This document shows positions 9,428 to 18,703 of a DNA stretch of 39,238 bases, one piece after another. The position numbers were made by a program, and so were the translations under genes. Origin of the DNA: Verrucomicrobiia bacterium (lineage in GTDB: Bacteria; Verrucomicrobiota; Verrucomicrobiia; Chthoniobacterales; Chthoniobacteraceae); NCBI GenBank assembly GCA_040376335.1, contig JBEIQV010000001.1, forward strand, positions 1 through 39,238. The letters are read 5' to 3'. Under the pieces are notes generated by a model, which was not told where the DNA came from, did no database searches, and saw only the letters and a list, made by a program, of their open reading frames with translations. The stretch's first letter is position 1. Each line of letters begins with the position of its first letter.

Positions 9428-10465
9428 ATGGAAATACTCCCCATCGCCCAAGTAAAACGCGCGGCTGCAGAAGGACGCGTTGAAGCCCGCATTCACGCCC
9501 AGATCGAAGCGCTGACTCGCAAGGACGCCAGCAACGGCAAACCTTACTTCGAGGTGGGATTCGCCGACTCGGAAGCTAAATTTTCGCTCAAAGCTTGGAA
9601 TGATTCGCCCGCGTTCTCGTTTTGCGAGCGGGCAAGCACAGGCGATTTTGTGGAAATAGCGGGCGATTTCTCCAGCAGCAAATTTGGCATTGAGTCGAGC
9701 CGCTGGACGGTGCGTGAACTGAAAACCGAGGAGCGCGATACGTTGCTAGCCGGTTCGCAGACGTTGCGCGACAAACAGGCTGACGACTTTGCGTTTATCG
9801 AGCAAAGCGTTTTCGCGCTCAATGATCCGCGCCTCGCTACCTTGGGCCGGGCGTTTCTCGCGGAATTTGGCGAGCGCTTTCGCCGTGCGGCTGCGGCTCG
9901 CAATAATCATCACGCGCGTCGCGGGGGACTGGTCGAGCACGTTGCGCAGATGATGCGCTCCGCCATCGCCATCGCGGGAGTCTATCCGCATTTAAACCGC
10001 GACCTGCTCGTGGCAGGAGTGCTTTTCCATGACTGCGGGAAGATGTGGGAAAACCAGCTCCCCGCCGAGGGCTTCACGATGCCGTATAATGAAACTGGCG
10101 AACTGCTCGGCCACATCACCATCGGCATCGAACTGGTGAACAATCTCTGGCGAAAAATGACAACAAGCGACGAGTGGAAAGCGTGGCTCCCGCTCGACCC
10201 GGCGAGCGAAGATGTGCGCCTACACCTGCTCCACCTCATCGCATCGCATCATGGGGAACTGCAATTCGGCAGTCCCGTCGTGCCGAAGACGCCCGAAGCG
10301 ATCGCGCTTCACTACGTGGACAATCTCGATGCGAAGCTGGAAATGTTTGCCCACGCCTACGCAAATGCGAAGCCGCTCGCAGCACGCATCCAGGAAAAAG
10401 TGTGGCCTCTGCCCGGCAACGAAGTGCAGCCGCTGGGGCATTTTCCGGCACCGGTATCGCCGTAA
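9428..10465 (+). CDS. OB-fold + HD-domain phosphohydrolase (YhaM-like 3'-5' exoribonuclease family)
   Basis: 345 aa. N-terminal OB-fold region (KPYFEVGFADSEAKFSLKAWND) and an HD domain (GGLVEHVAQM...LFHDCGK...ASHHG). Confidence 0.78.
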   Translation: MEILPIAQVKRAAAEGRVEARIHAQIEALTRKDASNGKPYFEVGFADSEAKFSLKAWNDSPAFSFCERASTGDFVEIAGDFSSSKFGIESSRWTVRELKTEERDTLLAGSQTLRDKQADDFAFIEQSVFALNDPRLATLGRAFLAEFGERFRRAAAARNNHHARRGGLVEHVAQMMRSAIAIAGVYPHLNRDLLVAGVLFHDCGKMWENQLPAEGFTMPYNETGELLGHITIGIELVNNLWRKMTTSDEWKAWLPLDPASEDVRLHLLHLIASHHGELQFGSPVVPKTPEAIALHYVDNLDAKLEMFAHAYANAKPLAARIQEKVWPLPGNEVQPLGHFPAPVSP

Positions 10466-10478
10466 ATATAGCGCAGTA

Positions 10479-13400
10479 TTATGAGGTGAAGGTGAACGCC
10501 GCCCGGTTGCCTGTTACGCTGCTGACCACCTTCGCGAGGAGGAAGCCATCCAGCGGCTTGCCGGTGCCGGGGCTCGCCGTCGCGCCGTCGTAAGTGCCGA
10601 GACCATCCACATCGTAGCCGATGAGGTCCGCCTTCACATTGCTCACTTTTTCGGCAGCGCCGAAAATACCCGAAGCATTCGCTGCCGCACCAATCGCCGA
10701 GATCTGCCGCGCGACCACGCCGGTCACGCTGCCATTCACACCCGCAGTCGTGCCTGCGCCACCGCGGCCCACGAAGAGTCCCTGCTCATGATCCAACTCA
10801 TTGAACGCACCTAGTTTCGTGACGCCATCGGTCGGTTTGCCGATGAAGCCTACCGTGCGGACATTCAAAACATTTCCACCCTTGCCGCCAAAGCCGCCCG
10901 CGCCGTTGGAGTCACCACCATTGCCAGCGATGATTGCACTGATGGAACTGAATATATCTTTCGTAAGAGCGATGCCGTTCACATCTCCACCCGCGCCGCC
11001 TTTGCTGGCTACCCCGCTGGCAGTGCCGCCGTTACCGGCGAAAAGGACGATGGGTTCGCCGAGTGTCGTCTGCACACCCGTATTATCCAATCTGCCCGTG
11101 GGAGCATTGAAAGTAAGCCCCGACAAAGCGCCGCCGACACCGCCTGCCGTGATGCCATTACCACCATCGCCAGCGTCAACGACGATCGCGTTGTCGAACA
11201 CGCTCGAAACAGTCGCTAACGTGCTCGATTTCACCGCGCCGCCCGCGCCGCCCTTGGCGCCCGCGCCGCCATCACCTGCGATTGCGTAGAGCAGTCCGAA
11301 TTGCACGCCGAGGCTCAAGCCGGAAATTTCACCGCCCTTTCCTCCTTCGCCGGTCCCGCCCGTCCCACCGTTCCCGCCGTAGAATTCCGCACCTTCAAGC
11401 AGTGTGGTCCCGATGAAAATAGCAGCGGAATCGGAACTCGAATCCAGTTCGCCGAATCGCGCGTTATTCGCAACAAGGCCCGAAACGCCGCCACCTGCGC
11501 CACCTTTAACTGAGCCGTTACCGCCGCTGCCGCTGGTGACGCGTAGCGGTGTCAAATTTGCATTATTTGGGGGAGCCACGAGCACATCGGGATCGAATCT
11601 TGAGATGCCTACGAATCGTCCGCCAGTGAATGTGCCGCCATCTCCTCCATTCCCCGCCGAGCCGTTCCCGCCGTTGCCGAGGAAAATGTCAGCGACCGCA
11701 TAGGCAGGAATCACGCTACCATTCTCATGGCTCTGGTCATGCACGACAGTCAGCTTCAAATTCGTCGAACCGCCGCCCTTACCTCCGACGATGCCGTTTC
11801 CACCGTCGCCCGTTGTGAGTGAAAAGCGGAATGTGCTGTCCACGTGGGCATCCGTTTTGGGCGGTGCTGCCAGCGGGTTTTCGTAGGAGCGATCCGGCGG
11901 ATCCACGACGATCGTGGTGTTTTGTGCAAAGCCGCCTGCGCCGCCCGCACCTCCCGTCGAGTCGCCGCCATTTCCTGCGGTGATTTCGGCGGAGTAATTG
12001 GATTCGATTTGTTCGGCGTCGTCATCGCTAAGGAGCGTGTATTTCAGACCCAGAATGCTGCCTCCCGCGCCACCCGCAAATTTACCAACGGTCGCGTCGC
12101 CACCATCACCAGCCCTGACGACTAAATTACCACCTTTGTCGAAAAAAGTGGCACCGCTCACGCTGCCACCAGCGCCGCCAACGGCACCTTTGCCGTTTCC
12201 GCCCATGCCCGCAGTGGCGCTGAGTTCACCCGTTTTTAGCGAGGCAGTGATTCCGTTGATTCCACCACCTGCGCCACCGGACGCCGTCTTGCCGCCTGTT
12301 CCCAACGGAGATCCGCCATTACCAGCGATTAAAACGAGCGTGGTCTCCGCCTCGACTTTGGGAACCACAAGCTGACCCGAAGGCGTGATGAGCGTTGCCT
12401 GATTCGTCACGCTGCCGCCTGCACCACCGCCGCCATTGTTCGCGTCGCCACCCTGGCCCGCTGTCACGCTCACATCGGTCGCAATTGCATTCAGGCCGAT
12501 GATGCTACCGCCCGCGCCGCCTTTGCCAGCGAGGGTTCCCACATCAATGCCTGTGCCACCATCACCACCAAAGAGGAACACGCGCTTGCCTGTGAAAGGT
12601 AGCGAGAAATCCGCGAAGTCCGCACCATTCAGACTGAATGAAACCTGATTCAGCGCAGCACCGAGTGCCGCGTAGCCCTGGAACGCATCCGATGCATTCA
12701 CTGTCACAAAATTTTTCAACGGATTCAGCGACGCAAGGCTGAGCGGTGCGCTCCACGTAAGCGTGGGATCCAGGGGATCAGGACCACTGGTGACGCTGAA
12801 TTGGTCAATGCGCGAGCTGCCGCCGCTGCTGAACAGCACGGAGAGTCCGTCCGGCGTGGACGCATCTGCGTCGTGCGTGAAGTGCACGACCGTTGCTTTG
12901 CCGGTGGCGGGTAGAGCAGGGGCGTTGAGTGTTACCAGATCTGTTCCGCTGACATTGAAAACACGCAGGTCGCGCCCACTCGAACCCACCGCCGCCAGCA
13001 CCTGCTCGCTGAAATCCAAGGCGAGCTGGCCCACACCGCCAGGGACTGCTAGACCGGTATCGTAGAGCAGCAATGCACCACCGCGGATGCTCCCAACGTG
13101 CCCGTCCTTGAAGCCAATGAATACGTTGAGGTTTCTCGGATCGTTTCCGTAAGCGATGGTTGTAGCTTCCGATGGATAGATACCGAGATCTGCGCCGACC
13201 TCCCAGATTTCACTACTGAGGTCGACGGACAAAATCGAGACAACTTGATGCACGATCGTTTTACCCGGACGCACTTCGACGAGCATATAATCCAGCCCGC
13301 TGCTGCCACCGAATTCCGCAGGAATAATGAAGGACGGCGTGAAGAGGTAATTAAATTTCTGCACGCTGTAAGTGCCGACGATTGTGTTAAAAAAACTCCC

Positions 13401-14759
13401 TCCACCCTGATTGTTGAAGATGCCAACGCTGTTGTCGTTTTTGTAGGAGACGTAGATGTCGAGTTTTCCGTCGTGATCCATGTCGGCGATCGCGACATCG
13501 GACGGCGTCGATCCGGATGGAGTAATAAAAATTTCGTCTACGTTATTCTCAACGTGCTGAACAACCGGTGTGAAGTTGGTGCCCGTGCCATCGTTCTTCA
13601 TGATCACCATTTTGCCGGTGGCCGTGTCCACGATGAGCAAATCATCCACGCCGTCGCCGGTGAAATCCGCAGAGCGGATGATGCCGCCCGTCGTGGTGAG
13701 ATTTGTAAAGTTGCTCGTGATAAGGCTGCCACCCGCACCCGCAGGCGCACCGTTGCCGCCGTTGCCGGCGTGGAATTCGTAGCGCGTGCTGTCGCTGCGC
13801 ATTTCGAGCAGACGCAACGAGCCGCCATTACCGCCTTTCCCACCACTGCCTGCGCCACCATTGCCAGCGGTAAAAAATACATTACCGACCGAGCTTTCCT
13901 CCACCACGGTCGCGATATCGCCGCCCTTGCCGCCCGTTTTGCCATCGGCACCGCTGCCGGTCTTGAGATAATAGCTCGGCGTGCTGCCGTTACTCTGTGC
14001 ATCCAGAAATGCGCTCTTGATCGTGATGTTGGTGATATCGCCGCCGGGTGCGCCGGCCTTGAGCGGATCAGGCGCGGAACCGCTCGGGTTTCCTCCTCCT
14101 GTAAAAATTTCCAGCTCCTTGCCAATCCCGATGACGGCATTTTTCAAACCGGCACCAGCCTTCATCAACGCGCTCGTTTTTGTGAAGGTGAATTCATTCT
14201 GTATTCCGGCAGTGAGCGGATTCACATCGAAGCCGATGCTGCTCACCACATTCCCTGTGTTCAGCGCGTCGGACTCCGCATCGAATACGCCGTCGCCTGT
14301 ATAGATGCCTTCGATCTGTCCGTTGATGTTCAGATTAGCCGCCGATCCTCCGGTGATCAAATAGCGGAAGCCACCCTTTTGTGTGGCGAATTGCGTGGTT
14401 TTCAACCCGGCGAGATCATTCGGGAGCAGGATATTTCCGTCTTCGCCGTTGACGGGATCGCCATCCGAATCGCTGAGCCGTCCATCCGGCCCGAGATTGC
14501 CCACGATGTCACCCAGCACATCACCCGTGATCTGAAAATTTGCACCTTGGCCAAAAGACACGCTGGCGATGTTTCCATCCTGATACCAAACGATAACCTG
14601 ACCGGCGAGAACCTTGACGAGTGTAACGCTGTTATCGCCCAGTGACATTTCGCCGGTGGCCGGATTTCCGGTGCCGAGAAGATTGGGGCCGTTGACGAGA
14701 ATTGCTGGCGCGATGCGGGATTCGAGGGGTTCGATGGAAGAGCGGATAGGGCGTTTCAT
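10479..14759 (-). CDS. Giant secreted glycine-repeat / FG-GAP (VCBS-like) exoprotein
   Basis: 1426 aa. N-terminal MKRPIRSSIEPLESRIAPA. Central FG-GAP-like segments (DFTGDGVDDLLIVDTATGKM; ADMDHDGKLDIYVSY). Dozens of GNGG/GxGGxGG repeat units are spread over about 900 aa (TAGNGGAGSGGKGGNGGSL; AGDGGAGAKGGAGGAV). Confidence 0.85.
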   Translation of the reverse strand: MKRPIRSSIEPLESRIAPAILVNGPNLLGTGNPATGEMSLGDNSVTLVKVLAGQVIVWYQDGNIASVSFGQGANFQITGDVLGDIVGNLGPDGRLSDSDGDPVNGEDGNILLPNDLAGLKTTQFATQKGGFRYLITGGSAANLNINGQIEGIYTGDGVFDAESDALNTGNVVSSIGFDVNPLTAGIQNEFTFTKTSALMKAGAGLKNAVIGIGKELEIFTGGGNPSGSAPDPLKAGAPGGDITNITIKSAFLDAQSNGSTPSYYLKTGSGADGKTGGKGGDIATVVEESSVGNVFFTAGNGGAGSGGKGGNGGSLRLLEMRSDSTRYEFHAGNGGNGAPAGAGGSLITSNFTNLTTTGGIIRSADFTGDGVDDLLIVDTATGKMVIMKNDGTGTNFTPVVQHVENNVDEIFITPSGSTPSDVAIADMDHDGKLDIYVSYKNDNSVGIFNNQGGGSFFNTIVGTYSVQKFNYLFTPSFIIPAEFGGSSGLDYMLVEVRPGKTIVHQVVSILSVDLSSEIWEVGADLGIYPSEATTIAYGNDPRNLNVFIGFKDGHVGSIRGGALLLYDTGLAVPGGVGQLALDFSEQVLAAVGSSGRDLRVFNVSGTDLVTLNAPALPATGKATVVHFTHDADASTPDGLSVLFSSGGSSRIDQFSVTSGPDPLDPTLTWSAPLSLASLNPLKNFVTVNASDAFQGYAALGAALNQVSFSLNGADFADFSLPFTGKRVFLFGGDGGTGIDVGTLAGKGGAGGSIIGLNAIATDVSVTAGQGGDANNGGGGAGGSVTNQATLITPSGQLVVPKVEAETTLVLIAGNGGSPLGTGGKTASGGAGGGINGITASLKTGELSATAGMGGNGKGAVGGAGGSVSGATFFDKGGNLVVRAGDGGDATVGKFAGGAGGSILGLKYTLLSDDDAEQIESNYSAEITAGNGGDSTGGAGGAGGFAQNTTIVVDPPDRSYENPLAAPPKTDAHVDSTFRFSLTTGDGGNGIVGGKGGGSTNLKLTVVHDQSHENGSVIPAYAVADIFLGNGGNGSAGNGGDGGTFTGGRFVGISRFDPDVLVAPPNNANLTPLRVTSGSGGNGSVKGGAGGGVSGLVANNARFGELDSSSDSAAIFIGTTLLEGAEFYGGNGGTGGTGEGGKGGEISGLSLGVQFGLLYAIAGDGGAGAKGGAGGAVKSSTLATVSSVFDNAIVVDAGDGGNGITAGGVGGALSGLTFNAPTGRLDNTGVQTTLGEPIVLFAGNGGTASGVASKGGAGGDVNGIALTKDIFSSISAIIAGNGGDSNGAGGFGGKGGNVLNVRTVGFIGKPTDGVTKLGAFNELDHEQGLFVGRGGAGTTAGVNGSVTGVVARQISAIGAAANASGIFGAAEKVSNVKADLIGYDVDGLGTYDGATASPGTGKPLDGFLLAKVVSSVTGNRAAFTFTS

Positions 14760-14897
14760 GGCAGGTAAATGAGCTGATTTGGATCTTTCGAAGCTGTGGC
14801 TAAAGCAGGGGCGATGCCTGCTGCGCTCACATCAGGGGCGACATGGAGAGGAAAACCGTTCGACAGCTTGCGACTCTGTGCGTAGCGATCTGCTTCC

Positions 14898-15707
14898 ATG
14901 TTTTCTAAACCGGACAGCGCACTCGTCATCGTGGGCCACGGCTCCACACTGAATCCCGACAGCAGCGGGCCAACGTGGGGGCATGCGGACGCCATCGCGC
15001 AACTCGGTGCCTTCGGCGAAGTGCACTGCGCATTTTGGAAAGAAGAGCCGAGCCTGCGGCAGGTGCTCCACTGTGTGAACAAGCGCGAGATTTACGTGGT
15101 GCCGAATTTCATCAGCGAGGGATATTTCACGCAGACAGTGATCCCGCGCGAACTCGGTCTGGACGGTCCACAAACGAATGTCGCCGGACGCACGGTGAAA
15201 TATTGCGCGCCAGTCGGGAGCCACGAGCGCATGACAGATTTGCTTTTGAAACGCGCGGCAGCGGTCGCGCCCGGCGTGCCGCCGAAAGAGACGAGCCTTT
15301 TCATCGTCGGGCATGGCACTGGGCTAAACGACAACTCCGCCGTGGCGGCGAAGCGCGAAGTCGAACGCATCCGCGCGCTCGGAATTTTTGGCGAGGTGAT
15401 TGCTGCGTATATGGAAGAGGACCCGTTCATTGCTAAATGGGACGAGCTTTCGACTCAGCCCAATGTGGTCGTAGTGCCTTTCTTCATCGCCGATGGATTG
15501 CACAGCTATGAAGACATCCCGGTTCTACTCGGCATCGCCAGCACATCGCCTGGCGCGGCGAGTGCGACTGGCGCAGGAGTCTTTGCGCAAAACCCGTATC
15601 GCCTGCGCGGGCGGACGCTTTTTTACGCAAACTCGATTGGCACCGAGGAAGGATTTGCGGAGGTCATTTTGGATCAGGTGGCGGCGTTCGATACAGCAGC
15701 GGCGTGA
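14898..15707 (+). CDS. cbiX: CbiX-type sirohydrochlorin chelatase, two-domain form
   Basis: 269 aa with two CbiX-like halves, each starting with a xxIVGHGS/T motif (LVIVGHGSTLN; LFIVGHGTGLN). The second half has the VVPFFIADGLH motif. Confidence 0.75.
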   Translation: MFSKPDSALVIVGHGSTLNPDSSGPTWGHADAIAQLGAFGEVHCAFWKEEPSLRQVLHCVNKREIYVVPNFISEGYFTQTVIPRELGLDGPQTNVAGRTVKYCAPVGSHERMTDLLLKRAAAVAPGVPPKETSLFIVGHGTGLNDNSAVAAKREVERIRALGIFGEVIAAYMEEDPFIAKWDELSTQPNVVVVPFFIADGLHSYEDIPVLLGIASTSPGAASATGAGVFAQNPYRLRGRTLFYANSIGTEEGFAEVILDQVAAFDTAAA

Positions 15708-16333
15708 TGATGGATATAAACGCAGCACTCGCCGACTGGCTCGATAAAGGCGGACTACAAATCGGGCAAATCACCATCGCAAAATCAGCCGATGGCTGGG
15801 AACTGCACCACACCGACGACATAGGACGCGAAGACCTCCAGCTTTACACAAAATCCGCCGATGCGCGCCAACTCGCGAACCTTGATGGCGCTGGTGCCTA
15901 CCGCGCGCTGAAAACCGCGCCAAATCTTCGCCACGGCTGGCGGCTTGTGCTGCCGGATGTTGCGGCGGTGCGCAGCGCGCTGGATGCTTTTTACCCGGCT
16001 ATGATCGGCGTGCAGCTCGCGCGCGAACGCGGCGAACTAACTCCAGTAAATTTGCGCGATACGCTCGCACGACAGACGGGGATGTATCGCGTGACTCAAA
16101 AACTCACCGACGAACAAGCGCAGTCACTCATCGCCAGCTCGTGCCGATGCGATGGTGGATGTTTGAAAATAATCCTCTGGCGCATCTCGGAGGAATTGCC
16201 GGTGAACTCACTGCCTGCTGAGAAATTTACCGTGCGCGGTGGAAATGAATGGCCGCTTCTTTGCCACGAAGCCTGCAATATTCTCGTGGCAGGCGCGAGG
16301 AAAGTGGTGAAGGGGGAGCCGAAAGAAGGATGA
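15704..16333 (+). CDS. DR2241-like protein commonly paired with CbiX (tentative)
   Basis: 209 aa. The start overlaps the cbiX stop (GTGATGATG at 15704-15712). Cys-containing C-terminal region (SSCRCDGGC...LLCHEACN). The family assignment is from memory of the CbiX-DR2241 pairing and is not verified. Confidence 0.5.
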   Translation: MMMDINAALADWLDKGGLQIGQITIAKSADGWELHHTDDIGREDLQLYTKSADARQLANLDGAGAYRALKTAPNLRHGWRLVLPDVAAVRSALDAFYPAMIGVQLARERGELTPVNLRDTLARQTGMYRVTQKLTDEQAQSLIASSCRCDGGCLKIILWRISEELPVNSLPAEKFTVRGGNEWPLLCHEACNILVAGARKVVKGEPKEG

Positions 16334-17547
16334 TTCTCCGCGCTCGCACCGTCATCACAAACACCGGCGGGCCCATCGAGGATGGCGCGGTCGCCATTGT
16401 CGGAAATCGGATTGCGGCTGTCGGTGGTTTTGATGAAATCCGAGCGGCATACTATGGCGAAACGACGGATCTAGGCGAGCAAGTGCTGATGCCGGGGCTG
16501 GTGAACGCGCATTGCCATCTCGATTACACGATGATGCGGCGCGCGATTAATCCACAGCGCACTTTCACGGAATGGATCATCCGTATCAACGCGCTCAAAC
16601 GCAGCCTGGATAACAACGATTATCGCGATGCAATCGCCAAGGGTTTCGCCGAATTGAAACAATGGGGCACGACGACGGTGGCGAACATCGAATCGTTCCC
16701 CGAATTGCTCCCGGATATGCCGCCGCCGCCCATCCGCACATGGTGGTTTTTTGAAATGATTGATGTCCGCCATCGCCTCGCTGGCGAGGAGACGATTGCC
16801 GGCACGCTCGGATTTTTTGATCAGCGCCCCGACTGGCTTGGTGGTTTCGGCCTCAGTCCGCACGCGCCTTACACCGCTAGTGGTAAACTCTACGAACTCA
16901 CAGCGGATACGGCGGAAAAACTGGGGATGCCAGTGACCACACACGTCGCCGAATCGCGAGAAGAGTGGGAGATGTTCCGGGAAAAACGCGGCGAACTGCA
17001 CGAGTTCATGCAAAAGCTCGGGCGTTGGATGTTCGACAACCAGGAGCAACGCACGCCACTCGCACACGTCGCCGCACACGCCCGCCTCGGTCCACGATGG
17101 TTGCTTGCTCACATGAATGAACTGGACGATTCGGACTTCACGCTGCTCGCCACGATGCCCCAGAAACCAAGCATCGTGCATTGCCCAGGCAGTCATCGCT
17201 ACTTCCGCCATACACGATTTCCGCTCACGAAACTGCGCAGCATCGGCGTGAACGTCTGCCTCGGCACCGACAGCCTCGCGAGCACACTCACACTCTCGAT
17301 GTTCGATGAAATGCGCATCCTCGCACGTCAGGAACCACAACTCGATCCATCCGAGATTATAAAAATGGCGACGCTAAACGGCGCAATGGCGCTCGGAATC
17401 GAGGCGGGAAAAATTGCGCCGGGCGCGCTGGCCGACTTGATCGCGCTGCCGCACGCTGATAATGCGCGTGAAGTCCACGCCGCCGTGATCGAAAACCGAG
17501 AGCCCGTCGCGTGGATGATGCTCGATGGAAAAATCCTTTCCCAATAA
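16330..17547 (+). CDS. Amidohydrolase-superfamily deaminase (MTA/SAH or aminofutalosine deaminase-like)
   Basis: The ATG at 16330 overlaps the upstream stop (ATGA). Metal-binding motifs NAHCHLDY, HVAES, LAHMNEL and LGTDS are present. Confidence 0.85.
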   Translation: MILRARTVITNTGGPIEDGAVAIVGNRIAAVGGFDEIRAAYYGETTDLGEQVLMPGLVNAHCHLDYTMMRRAINPQRTFTEWIIRINALKRSLDNNDYRDAIAKGFAELKQWGTTTVANIESFPELLPDMPPPPIRTWWFFEMIDVRHRLAGEETIAGTLGFFDQRPDWLGGFGLSPHAPYTASGKLYELTADTAEKLGMPVTTHVAESREEWEMFREKRGELHEFMQKLGRWMFDNQEQRTPLAHVAAHARLGPRWLLAHMNELDDSDFTLLATMPQKPSIVHCPGSHRYFRHTRFPLTKLRSIGVNVCLGTDSLASTLTLSMFDEMRILARQEPQLDPSEIIKMATLNGAMALGIEAGKIAPGALADLIALPHADNAREVHAAVIENREPVAWMMLDGKILSQ

Positions 17548-18538
17548 CATGCTCCGCATCCTCATCACCCTGCTCCTACTCGGCGGGATGAGCTTTGGTG
17601 CGACGAAGAAATCTTCCAAGTCGTCGAAGGCTTCTGCCTCTAAAACCGCACATAAAAAGTCGCCCCCAAAGACCACGACAAAAAAGCCAGTCGTTAAAAA
17701 AGCAGAACCTCCACTGCCCCCACCTGCCCCGCTCGCACCGGGCGAACTGCCACTCGCTGCCCGCTCCGCGCTTTGTCTCGATTTAAAAACCGGGAAGGTG
17801 CTTTACGAAAAAGAGGCGGACGAAATGGAATATCCGGCGAGCGCCACGAAAATCCTCACAGCGCTTCTAGTGATCGAAGCTGGTGATCTCGATAGACTCG
17901 TAGAGGTCCAGATCGAGGATACAAAAGTCGAACCAAGCGCGTTGGAATTTAAGCCCGGCGAAAGCTACGCACGGCGTGATCTGCTTTACGCACTGCTACT
18001 CAAAAGCGCGAACGACGTGGCTCTAGCGCTGGCTCGCGACAACGCCGGCAGCGTCGAAGCTTTCGCTGAAAAAATGAACAAGCGCGCAGAGGGACTCGGT
18101 GCCAGTTCCTCGCACTTCGTAAATCCCCACGGACTGCATGACCCCCACCATTTTACGACAGCACGCGACCTCGCAGCCATCGCGCGTGCAGCGATGCAGG
18201 ACGAAACCTTCCGCGAAATCGTGAGCACTTTGGAAAAGCGGATGATGCGCGGCGAAGAGGAGGTTTTACTGCGCAATCATAACAAGCTGCTCGGAAAACT
18301 GCCTGGCTGCACAGGGATCAAGACAGGCTTCACGCGGCACGCGCAGCAAGTTCTCGTCAGTGGCGCGATGTGCGAGGGGTGTGAGGTAATTTCAGTCGTT
18401 CTTCACACAAACAAACCCGGTATTTGGGAAGACTCAAAGATGCTGCTCACAGACGGACTGGAAAAACTCAAAGCACCCGGGGACACAAATGCTGTTCCAG
18501 CCGAAACGAAGAGCGCTAGTGGAGCTGACTCGAAGTAG
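17525..18538 (+). CDS. D-alanyl-D-alanine carboxypeptidase (peptidase S11, PBP5/6-like)
   Basis: SxxK (SATK), SxN (SAND) and KTG (KTGFT) motifs. Signal peptide MLRILITLLLLGGMSFGA. An alternative start at ATG 17549 would remove the overlap with the upstream gene. A Lys/Pro-rich linker follows the signal peptide. Confidence 0.85.
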   Translation: MEKSFPNNMLRILITLLLLGGMSFGATKKSSKSSKASASKTAHKKSPPKTTTKKPVVKKAEPPLPPPAPLAPGELPLAARSALCLDLKTGKVLYEKEADEMEYPASATKILTALLVIEAGDLDRLVEVQIEDTKVEPSALEFKPGESYARRDLLYALLLKSANDVALALARDNAGSVEAFAEKMNKRAEGLGASSSHFVNPHGLHDPHHFTTARDLAAIARAAMQDETFREIVSTLEKRMMRGEEEVLLRNHNKLLGKLPGCTGIKTGFTRHAQQVLVSGAMCEGCEVISVVLHTNKPGIWEDSKMLLTDGLEKLKAPGDTNAVPAETKSASGADSK

Positions 18539-18703
18539 AACAGGTGTATCACTTTAGGTTAGCGGATACCGTTCAGGGTTTATTGCGGCGCTTTCTAAAA
18601 TGAGAATTCCCCTCCCGCATTTTTGCCTTTCCATTTCTCAGCTCTGAAATAGTCTCATTTCCGCGACACCCCATCGCAAACAGCCCAACCAACCATTTCA
18701 GCC

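Noticed and set aside
12541-12560. Sigma-54-like TGGCAC-N5-TTGA on the minus strand, plus other TGGCAC hits near 5161, 15313, 24303, 26785 and 27898
   Set aside because: All hits lie inside coding regions, and they have wrong spacing or lack the TTGC element, so they are most likely chance matches.
13098-14645. 515-aa plus-strand ORF, together with the Pro-rich plus-strand ORFs at 10801-11289 and 11998-12375
   Set aside because: These are mirror images of the Gly-codon (GGN) repeats of the giant minus-strand gene. The Pro/Ala-rich translations are the expected antisense artefact.
16471-17340. 289-aa minus-strand ORF
   Set aside because: It is antisense to the amidohydrolase, which carries a full set of metal-binding motifs.
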